A stretch of DNA of 63,611 nucleotides, the filler included, from Octopus bimaculoides (taxonomy: Eukaryota), in assembly GCF_001194135.2 (NCBI RefSeq). It is 5 parts of 5 records of this genome, joined end to end, with 100 filler letters (N's around TTAATTAATTAA, not from the genome) between each part and the next. Parts side by side here need not be neighbours in the genome. Positions count along the whole stretch, not along the records: positions 53,936 to 61,183 come from NC_068996.1; positions 61,284 to 63,611 come from NC_068984.1; 3 more parts are not named here. One strand, written 5' to 3'. Shown piece after piece: positions 53,836-63,611 of the stretch. The notes under the pieces were generated by a model, which had not been told where the DNA came from, made no database searches, and saw only the letters and a program-made list of their open reading frames with translations. Numbering within the stretch: position 1 is the stretch's first letter; every line of letters starts with the position of its first letter. The position numbers and the translations under genes were made by a program.

Positions 53836-54409
53836 NNNNNNNNNNNNNNNNNNNNNNNNNNNNNNNNNNNNNNNNNNNNTTAATTAATTAANNNNNNNNN
53901 NNNNNNNNNNNNNNNNNNNNNNNNNNNNNNNNNNNAAATAAATAATAAAAAAAATATATATATATAAATAAAATATAAAAGATAAAAAATAGTATATATA
54001 TAAAATTAAAATTATTCATATATACATATTTACAGACATTCACACACATATACACACCCATACATATATATATATATACATATTTACAGACATTTTGTTG
54101 GATGGTCGTTGACTGTTCAGGAGTTCATCCGCCCTTTGACAGGTCTTATTTTTCGTCCTGCAGGGTGTCCAATAACACCCTCCTCACCAAGCAAGCCTGG
54201 TGGGGTTGCCAGTTTAGTCGCCGACGACCCGACCATGCAACAGGTTGTACTGGATTACATGTTACCAGTAGCACTGTGGCGTAGACATTCCATCACACAT
54301 TCCATTAAATTTTTCTGTTATTAACTACTTTTTCACCATATTCTCCTGTACAGTTATAAGCTTCGTTCTCTTCAGCGATAACTTGATCGATTTCGTTTCG
54401 CTAGTCATA

Positions 54410-54570
54410 CTTCTAATTTTGTGTCACGAAAACGTGGCTAGCCTAATGGTTAAGTTGTTTTACACGCAATTGTGTGATTGTGGTTTGAATTCCCCGACCG
54501 GATGTAGCGTTGTGTTCTTCAACGTAGCACTTTAAGTTGCTCTAGTTTATTCAGATGTAAAGGAGTTCTA
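54410..54570 (+). mobile_element. Diverged tRNA-derived SINE head
   Basis: A-box-like gtggctagcctaatggtt and B-box-like ggtttgaattccc, followed by gcgttgtgttcttcaac..gcactt. Confidence 0.55.
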
Positions 54571-54977
54571 GAAACAGATCAGAAGTTGCCCCAACGCCAA
54601 CCCGAACTAATGAGCTTTCGTCGACACAGAAACGCTACCGACGTATTCTACAAAATTCTCTCTCATTTCTTGATGCTGGTCCTTCTGTAACAAGTTTTCA
54701 ATCAGCATAAAATCTGACTGGTCTTATTTTAAGGCCAACAATAAGTTAAAGCGTCTGCATTTTTGAAATTACCATAAATGTGAGAGGATGTGAGCTCAGG
54801 GTTTTCGGACAACTTGCGACTATGCCCGAAGACCCAATGCACGGAGTCGAAAGTCAGTCGCAAAGAGGCTGACATAGACAAAATAAATATTATCATGAGG
54901 CCAAGTACTCATTTTTCCGAGCCAATACATACATACATACATACATACATACATACATACGTACGTACATACATACA

Positions 54978-56454
54978 GGATAAATGTTATATGGTTGTGA
55001 AAAGGGGGAAAACTATAAACCAAACTAGGAACATCTCCCTCAATGATTTGACTGTTTCCATGTATCTGACAAGGAATGTTACAGGTATCTAGGGGTGGAT
55101 GAAAATATATCTTACAATGGCACCAGTAACAAAACACATGTCACTAAAGAATATGACAGCCGAATAAAGAAAATTTAGACCTCAGAACTCTTTGCATTCA
55201 ATAAAACAGTGGCCCACAATGTGTTTGCAGTGCCAGTAACTCATACCAACATTCCGAATGCTTGATTGGACACTTGATGAGATGCGTGCAATTCCTGTGA
55301 AAACCCGAAAAATACTAACAAGCACACGCAATTTTCACATAAACTGTGACGTAGACCGCCTCTACCTAAAACGTAAACAAGGCGGTTGAGGCTTAACAAC
55401 GATCCAAAATGCCTTTGAATGTCGCATCAAATCCCCCCGGCAACATCTTTCAACCACGAAGCATCGAAGACTCAGAAGGCAGCTCTTTGTACAGCACTCT
55501 TTGTCGGATAATCTAGAATACATTCCCAAAGAAGTCGCACGACTCTACCGTAACATAGATGAAAGGAGGAGCCTATACGAGCAGAAGACAATGCATGGAT
55601 ATGTTAGTAGAAAACTACGTGATGATAGTAACATCGATCATCAAAGCAGTTTATCAATTGCCGGACTACTACCCGCCACTTTGAAGGGTATGCGTTTGCA
55701 ATCCAGGAACAGGAAATATCAACCAAGTACCTGATGCACGAAAGGGATAGAGATGCAGGAAAAGCCGTATAATGTGACAAACTATACAGACCTTGTGGAG
55801 TTCACACTGAAGATATCACCCACATCATACGCAGTTGTCCGAAAATGTCATCACGGTATTATCTACAGATGAGATATGACGTTGTAGCTAGGACACTCTA
55901 TAATGAAATCCGCCGCAAGGATAATCTCGAGGAGAAAGAAATAAGAACCCACAATATGGTAGAAGCCATAGCCACTCACTATAAAAAGGAATACTGGTGG
56001 AATGTACCAGTGAAGACCTCAATGAAATGTCAGCACAACAGACCTGATATAATGATGTGGGATAGAGAAGAGACGCTGTGCACACTTGTGGAAATTAGGT
56101 GCCCAGCCGATGTTAACATAAAGCTGAAAATCAGTGAAAAAGAGAACACCTATGCTGAACTGTTGAGAAATCTGCAGTTTCTCTATCCAGATTACAAGTT
56201 CAGGTTTATACCTGTAATTATTGGGGTCCTGGGATATGTAACACTCTGCATAAATACCAATCTTGAGAAATTAGGCTTCTCAAAACCAGAAAGGAGAAAG
56301 CTAATTAGAAGACTACAGATCCAATCCATCACTGGAATTGTAAGAATAGGTAAAACTTTCAAGAAATTTATCATTTAAATATATATAACCATGTCTAGAT
56401 ATGTAGCTATATGCATGAGAATACATAGATAAAATATACAAATCTGCACATATT
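54978..56454 (+). mobile_element. R4-clade RLE LINE, 5'-truncated, flanked by (CATA)n on both sides
   Basis: DKCYMVVKRGK..YRYLGVDE..AFNKTVAHNVFAVP..KTRKILT..DVDRLYLKRKQGG*GL; CGVHTEDITHIIRSCPK; ORF 55845-56378 RYDVVA..HNRPDIMMWD..LVEIRCPAD..KENTYAEL..FIPVIIGVLG. (CATA)n at 54925-54977 and 56455-56478. Confidence 0.92.
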
Positions 56455-56950
56455 CATACATACATACATACATACATATGTGTATATATATGCGTATATG
56501 TCCATATATTTATAAATATATATATATAGAGAGAGAGAGAAAGAGAAAGAGAGAGTGATACATATCATACACGCACGAACATACACATACGCACATAAAA
56601 ACACACATACAAACACACGCACGCACACAAACGTATATATATATATGTATACAGTGTACATTTAAACACATAAAAGGTAACCATCTTAGGATACCTGGCA
56701 CGCTAGAAGGAATAGCCAAAATCCAAACCACTATTAAGGATAAATTTCGAAGTGAATGAAAAATAAAAATAAAAACATTTACCATCTGTCTCTTGGACCA
56801 TGGTTTCAGACTCTATAGTAGCAAATAAAATAATTTGCTAGGCGGTGTCTCCATCAACAGTTACGCCTAGATTAAATGATAGAAACGGAAAATGGAATAG
56901 AGGAGAAACTATATTGCTCACAACGATCGTTTCGACCACGTTCCTTCGAT

Positions 56951-57007
<57 letters not shown>

Positions 57008-57779
57008 GTANNNNNNNNNNNNNNNNNNNNNNNNNNNNNNNNNNNNNNNNNNNNNNNNNNNNNNNNNNNNNNNNNNNNNNNNNNNNNNNNNNNNNNNNNN
57101 NNNNNNNNNNNNNNNNNNNNNNNNNNNNNNNNNNNNNNNNNNTATGTATATATATATATATATATATATACAAGGATGTATGCACACACACACAAACACA
57201 CACACACACACACATATACATATGCTTCTACATGAAAACACGTACATAATCACTATCCAATTCAAAGTTTTAGCTTTTCAAGTGCTTCTGAGGCCCCACA
57301 TCTATTATCATCCGGCTGACATTTTGCCCAATAAATTTTCCCTCTAAATAAAATTCATCAGTATGACCAACAGCAAACAGCACCAATCTGCACTGTGGCA
57401 CTGACATGCAAGGGGCAGGAAACTAATATACCTCAAATCTCAGTCGACCTACTCCATACGGAAGCTATATGCATGATGGATAGTATAGTCTAAGGGCAAA
57501 GCCGGCTGCTACTGGAGATTGCTCGAATTCCTTTTATCCATACTGTTGCTCTGATAGTGTATTCTTGGGACTAAACAACAAACTCAAACCGTTATCGTAA
57601 CTTTTCGATCGCCAATAACGCCACCATTTTACTCTTGTTCCTCCTACCTCTACAACAGTTCTTCCCCTTCCTCCTCATTTTCCTTTCTCCTCTTTTTCCT
57701 TCTCCTCATTTTCAATTTTTTTTTTTCACTTTACTTCTCTTCCCCTTCCTCTTCCTCATCGTCGTTGTCATTGACGTCG

Positions 57780-58777
57780 TCATTATCATCATCATAATCA
57801 TCATCATCATGCCCACAACAACTAATCACCATCACCACCACCACCATCGCCGCCGCCGCCGCCGCCACCGCCGCCGCTGCCGCCATCACCGCCACCTCCA
57901 TCACAACTATCGCCACCATAATCCTTGTCGTCATCACCAAAACCACACCACGATCATCATCATCATCATCATCATCANNNNNNNNNNNNNNNNNNNNNNN
58001 NNNNNNNNNNNNNNNNNNNNNNNNNNNNNNNNNNNNNNNNNNNNNNNNNNNNNNNNNNNNNNNNNNNNNNNNNNNNNNNNNNNNNNNNNNNNNNNNNNNN
58101 NNNNNNNNNNNNNNNNNNNNNNNNNNNNNNNNNNNNNNNNNNNNNNNNNNNNNNNNNNNNNNNNNNNNNNNNNNNNNNNNNNNNNNNNNNNNNNNNNNNN
58201 NNNNNNNNNNNNNNNNNNNNNNNNNNNNNNNNNNNNNNNNNNNNNNNNNNNNNNNNNNNNNNNNNNNNNNNNNNNNNNNNNNNNNNNNNNNNNNNNNNNN
58301 NNNNNNNNNNNNNNNNNNNNNNNNNNNNNNNNNNNNNNNNNNNNNNNNNNNNNNNNNNNNNNNNNNNNNNNNNNNNNNNNNNNNNNNNNNNNNNNNNNNN
58401 NNNNNNNNNNNNNNNNNNNNNNNNNNNNNNNNNNNNNNNNNNNNNNNNNNNNNNNNNNNNNNNNNNNNNNNNNNNNNNNNNNNNNNNNNNNNNNNNNNNN
58501 NNNNNNNNNNNNNNNNNNNNNNNNNNNNNNNNNNNNNNNNNNNNNNNNNNNNNNNNNNNNNNNNNNNNNNNNNNNNNNNNNNNNNNNNNNNNNNNNNNNN
58601 NNNNNNNNNNNNNNNNNNNNNNNNNNNNNNNNNNNNNNNNNNNNNNNNNNNNNNNNNNNNNNNNNNNNNNNNNNNNNNNNNNNNNNNNNNNNNNNNNNNN
58701 NNNNNNNNNNNNNNNNNNNNNNNNNNNNNNNNNNNNNNNNNNNNNNNNNNNNNNNNNNNNCATCATCGTCATCATCG

Positions 58778-58821
<44 letters not shown>

Positions 58822-58879
58822 GTCATCGTCATCATCATCATCATCATCATCGTCATCATCATCATCATCGTCATCATCG

Positions 58880-58926
<47 letters not shown>

Positions 58927-59350
58927 GTCATCATCATCATCATCATCATCGTCATCATCGTCATCATCATCATCATCATCATCAGCCTTTTCATTTTCAG
59001 GAACATCATTTAAATTATCGTGGTCATCAGCGTCGTTGTCGTCGTCGTCGTCATCGTCAGATGTACTAGTAGTAGTAGTGGTAGTAGTAGTAGTAGTGGT
59101 AGTAGTAGTAGTAGTAGTAGTGGTAGCAGCAGCAGCAGCAGCAGCCTCATCCTCATGATCAACTTTAACGGCTCCGAAAATCGACAGCAGCATTTGTAGC
59201 AACTGCAATAGTAGCAGCGGCAACAACAACAACAACAGCAACAGCAACCACCACCACCACCACCACCACAGCAAAAACAACAACTACTACTACTACAACT
59301 AAATTAGTAGTGGCAGCAGTAACAGCAGCAGCAGCAGCAGCGACAGTGGA
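57780..59350. repeat. Large compound trinucleotide field, (CAT/CGT)n, (CAC/CGC)n, (TAG)n, (CAG)n, (CAA)n, spanning a gap
   Basis: Directly visible. Explains the poly-S/D/I/M/H ORFs. Confidence 0.95.
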
Positions 59351-60247
59351 GACAAAAGCAGCAGAAACGTTATTATCGTAATAGTCTATACCGTCTCTGC
59401 CTCCAAGAGTGGTACCATCAATGCCACGACAACTGTCCCAACCTTTTTTTCTTCCTACAGAACCGGAAATTAAATATTCTCGTCGTTCCTTTCTAATTAC
59501 TTCCAACAGACTCGCACATCCATTCTTATAAATTTTTTTCCCCCCTTCATCTTTCTCGCTTTCATTTGTTGTTTTTATGATCTCCTCCTCCTCCTTCTTC
59601 TTCTTCTCCTTCTCCTTCTTCTTCTTCTTCTTCTTCTTCTTCTTCTTCTTCTTCTTCTTCTCCTTCTCCTTTTTCTTCTTCTTCTTCTTCTTCTTCTTCT
59701 CCTCCTCNNNNNNNNNNNNNNNNNNNNNNNNNNNNNNNNNNNNNNNNNNNNNNNNNNNNNNNNNNNNNNNNNNNNNNNNNNNNNNNNNNNNNNNNNNNNN
59801 NNNNNNNNNNNNNNNNNNNNNNNNNNNNNNNNNNNNNNNNNNNNNNNNNNNNNNNNNNNNNNNNNNNNNNNNNNNNNNNNNNNNNNNNNNNNNNNNNNNN
59901 NNNNNNNNNNNNNNNNNNNNNNNNNNNNNNNNNNNNNNNNNNNNNNNNNNNNNNNNNNNNNNNNNNNNNNNNNNNNNNNNNNNNNNNNNNNCCCACCTCC
60001 TCATTCTTCTTCCACCACCACCTTGTCCTCGTCCTCTTTTATTCCCCTACTCTTACTCTACCTTTCATATGCATGCTCATAACCCTTATGTATAAAACAT
60101 ACAAAAATGCATACCTTCGGGCACACACACACGTACTAAATTCGAATTTAAACCACACTTGCAGTGGCATATAGATGTACATAAGTACACACATACACAT
60201 ATATACACTCACAGGTACATTCTCTAACACAAACGCATACACACGAA

Positions 60248-60336
<89 letters not shown>

Positions 60337-60911
60337 CAAACACACAAAATACACGCATGCGTGCATATAAGTTGTGAGAGTGAGTTAACTGAATGTCATC
60401 AACGATGAATTATTAATTTTTATAAATGTCATTTGACAGCAAAAGAAAGAAATAAAAGAAGAGAACAGAGAAACCTAACTGTTAGCTACCCTATAGGAGG
60501 AGAAGAGATAATTTCAAAACATCTCATTGAATTTTGAATGAATTAACATACCTAACGGGGATAAATCTCGTACGGATTTTCGATCTGCAGTTAACTGACA
60601 GCTAAGGTCACGTGTATCTGCTTTAATAGGTGACATAGATTTGGCAGTGTTCTTCCCGTTTCGGATCAGATGAAAACATTTGACATAAGACAATTAAGAA
60701 GTTTCTTTGGAAAGTGGAAATCGGCTTAATTAAAACGAAATTTTAAAAAAGTAAAAAAGGAACTAACTGCTGTGTTTAGAATCGTTAATCCTATATTTAA
60801 TACACTTTTCCATCCTTGTCCGGGAATTTTCCTACCTATACTAAAGCCACTGACCACTTGGACATATTTCTTCTGAGACCCATTTCGTGTCACACATAAT
60901 TACGTATATAC

Positions 60912-61182
60912 ATACATGGTGGTTGTCTACTCCTTAAACAGAGTTTGACCACCTCCTGCACCTACACCTTAGCCCTTTCATGGCGTCTGATGTGGCTTTT
61001 TAAACCAGACAGTGTTTTGAAAAAACACCCACACAGATTGCACCTCTGATTTGCACTACCAATACCTGCAAGTAAGTTCTGCTCATTGTGGATCCTAACA
61101 TGTCTTTTAAGACCCCCATTGGATTTGCAAACCCTCTGGCACACACCACATTCAAACGTGTGCACAGACATATAATCAGAAT
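60912..61182 (-). mobile_element. Probable RTE LINE 3' end: ORF C-terminus with two C2H2-like motifs, short UTR and (ATGT) tail
   Basis: FECGVCQRVCKSNGGLKRHVRIH ... CNLCGCFFKTLSGLKSHIRRH* then about 45 nt and atgtatgta. The C..C....S..GL.SH.R.H terminus is typical of RTE ORFs. No TGEKP linker. Confidence 0.65.
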
Positions 61183-61394
61183 ANNNNNNNNNNNNNNNNN
61201 NNNNNNNNNNNNNNNNNNNNNNNNNNNTTAATTAATTAANNNNNNNNNNNNNNNNNNNNNNNNNNNNNNNNNNNNNNNNNNNNAGAAGAGAAATAAGAAA
61301 GAAAATGAAAAAATAAATAAATGTGGTGGTGGTGGTGGTGGTGGTGGTGGTGGTAAAGCAGTGAAAAATTGAGGGGGAGGTGCGATGGGCCACA

Positions 61395-62430
61395 TACCTC
61401 AGAACAAGTGGAGTGTGACTGAGCACACCACGGTTACGACTGCGATGGCGTTACTGCTGAGAATGGCCAGCGATTCTCACTGCAGCAATCGTTCCACTTT
61501 AAGGGGCTCATTTCTCTGGCAGGCCACTGTTACCCCTATTTTGTGGAGAAAATCAGTAGTTCAGGGTCGTAGCCCTACTGACATCTTAATGGTGATCAGC
61601 ACAAACTGATAATGGCTGGCCAGGCCCCTGTCATCGTCATCATCATTGTTTAACGTCCGTTTTCCATGCTGGCATGGGTTGGATGGTTTGACTGGAGACT
61701 GGCAAGCCAGGAGGCTGCTCCAGGCTCCAATCTGATCTGGCAATGCTTCTACAGCTGGATGCCCTTCCTAATGCCAACCAGTCCGAGAGTGTAGTGGGTG
61801 CTTTTTACATGTCACCGACACGGGAGCCAGTCAGGTGGCACTGTCATCGGCCATGTTTGGATGGTGCTTTTTATGTGCCACTGGCACAGGAACCAGCCAG
61901 GGCGGAGGGGGGGGGGGAGAGTCTGGCATTGACCACGTTTGGATGGTGCTTTTTACGTGCCACTGGCACGGGGAGCCAGTCAGGCAGCTCTGGCAGCAAC
62001 CCACACATGAATGGTGCTTATTGCATGCCACCAGCACTGGCATTGGCCACAACTACAATTTCTATTTGATTGTGATTTGATTTGATTTACATGACTCAAT
62101 AGGTCTCCTTAAGCACGGCATGTCACCCAAAGACTCAAATATACTTTTTAAATGAGCTGGTTATGCGACACTGGTATAGGCTATGGCTGTGATCTCACTT
62201 TCCTATCTGGGTCTTCTCAATCACAGCATATCTCCGGTATATTTGGATTTTTCTCTCCTCTATGTTATGGCTGGTGACACCCAAATTTGTGGTTAATGCA
62301 GCAAGGTTAGAGGTGGAGAACATGTAGCTGCATATTGTATCCCTGACTAGAGATCTGCATCCCTCAAATGGGAAAAGTGTTATTCCGTCGGGGCGCTTAC
62401 CATCCCCATGGTTCGAATTAATCATGGATT
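61395..62430 (-). mobile_element. CRE-like RLE LINE C-terminal fragment split by a nested element
   Basis: GDGKRPDGITLFPFEGCRSLVRDTICS..EERKIQIYR (62430-62236) resumes as GLASHYQFVLITIK..P*TTDFLHKIG..EPLKVERLLQ*ESLAILSSNAIAV (61630-61430). Confidence 0.75.
61631..62235 (-). mobile_element. RTE-associated non-autonomous retroposon with internal 70-90 bp repeats and (GAT)n tail
   Basis: Contains ggttggcattaggaagggcatccagctgtagaa (reverse complement at 61747-61780), three copies of ggatggtgcttttt..gtgccactggcac, and a (cat)n tail at 61631-61646. Confidence 0.7.
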
Positions 62431-62583
62431 ATCTCATAGCTTTGAGATTTCAATAACGAGATTATTTATTTTTAGAATGACATTGTAGGATATGTATAAG
62501 AGGCCAAATCTGGCCAGTTTGAACATAAAATACGGAGAATAGTTTGGCTTGATATATCTAGTTCAAAGGCTAAAAGTTTTGTC

Positions 62584-62772
62584 CAGTGGTTCTCAACCTG
62601 GGGTCTGTAGACCCCTGATTGTTTGCAAAGGCCCAGGGTCCATGAACTAAATTCAAAATTTCATATATATATATATATAAATACGTAAGGATAAGCATAT
62701 TAAAAGGAGTCTGTGGGAGAACTCATTTAAATAAAATGGGGTTCTTGGTAGTGAAAAGGTTTGGAACCACTG
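62584..62772. mobile_element. hAT/Charlie-like MITE
   Basis: TIRs cagtggttctcaacct / aggtttggaaccactg. 8-bp flanks gttttgtc / ggttagtc match at 6 of 8 positions. Confidence 0.85.
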
Positions 62773-63024
62773 GGTTAGTCCAACACAAACCTAAAACTTC
62801 TGGATTAATAACTATGTGTTGCTTTCTTCAGCTTTGGATACTTTTCTGACGGGAAGTAGGGGTTTTTGTGACTGACCCAGTGTTACCATAGCAGCTAGTA
62901 AGGGGCAATTGTATTAGTAACATGTTACTCATCATAGAAACATCAACAACAGCAACCGCAAACTTACAAAACAAAATGGATTTGTTACTTTTATAAGTAC
63001 GTGTGTTTGTATGTATTCTAACAT

Positions 63025-63180
63025 TGTTTTACTGGTTTTACTCTTTGGACTGTGGCCATACTGGAGTACTATCTTCAATGGGTTTTTGAAAACAATGTAC
63101 TTGACTTGTGTTATTGATCTCAATTCATTAAATCCAACATTTTTACATCAGTTACCAAACACAGACACAGATATTGAGAC
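63025..63180 (-). mobile_element. SINE family A, 3' remnant
   Basis: ttttactctttggactgtggccatactggagtactatctt..gggtttt. Confidence 0.6.
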
Positions 63181-63611
63181 ATACCCACATTTTAACCTAA
63201 GCAACAGGAAAGAGTACCTTTTAGGCTTAATTGCATTTCACAAGCAAGACACCTCCCACTACACACACACACACATACATACAGAAAGCCATACAAAAGC
63301 AAATAAAAGAAAAATTGGCTATATAAATGCGAACTCCAGGAAGGTGTGGAATGAGAAATATTTGTTACCATTAGTAGTGAATAACAACCCCCACCCCACT
63401 GTGTGCAATACTGCCACCACCGCCGCCTCCACCACCGCCAACAACAACCACCACTTCACCAGCATGGCAAGTGGTCAGTGTAGTCTGGATACTGGCCTCC
63501 AATAACATTCATTCTAATCATTGATTGCAATTTTGCTCACACTCACACAAATACATAGATATTTCTTCTTTATGCACACATACACAACCATATCAAATAT
63601 ATATATATATA

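Noticed and set aside
60962-61171. Host C2H2 zinc-finger gene
   Set aside because: No TGEKP linkers, and the stop is followed by a short UTR and simple-repeat tail like an RTE 3' end. Kept as a mobile element, with the alternative noted in findings.

Overview
AT-rich, gap-riddled eukaryotic scaffold segment with dense (TA)n, (CA)n, (GA)n, (GATA)n, (CATA)n, (TAA)n and (CAT)n microsatellites. The SINE families and repeat landscape suggest an octopus/coleoid cephalopod draft assembly (inference from recalled repeat motifs, not a database search). I recognise no host protein-coding gene, rRNA, true tRNA or CRISPR array. Most listed ORFs are artefacts of N-gaps or microsatellites. The identifiable content is decayed mobile DNA: two mariner elements and one DD37D-like Tc1/mariner remnant; two RTE LINE fragments; four Tx1/L1-like LINE pieces; three R4/Dong-type and one CRE-like restriction-like-endonuclease (RLE) LINE; two Penelope-like (GIY-YIG) elements with degenerate hammerhead motifs; many tRNA-derived SINEs of two families; Tigger-like and hAT-like MITEs; and several long fold-back hairpins. 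The most interesting pattern is an apparent partitioning of LINE lineages among microsatellites: Dong-like in (TAA)n, another R4-like lineage in (CATA)n, and Tx1-like in (GATA)n/(TAA)n. Twice, a Tx1-like 3' end is followed directly by a Dong-like element. Coordinates of decayed elements are approximate (about +/-10-20 bp). All translations were done by eye.
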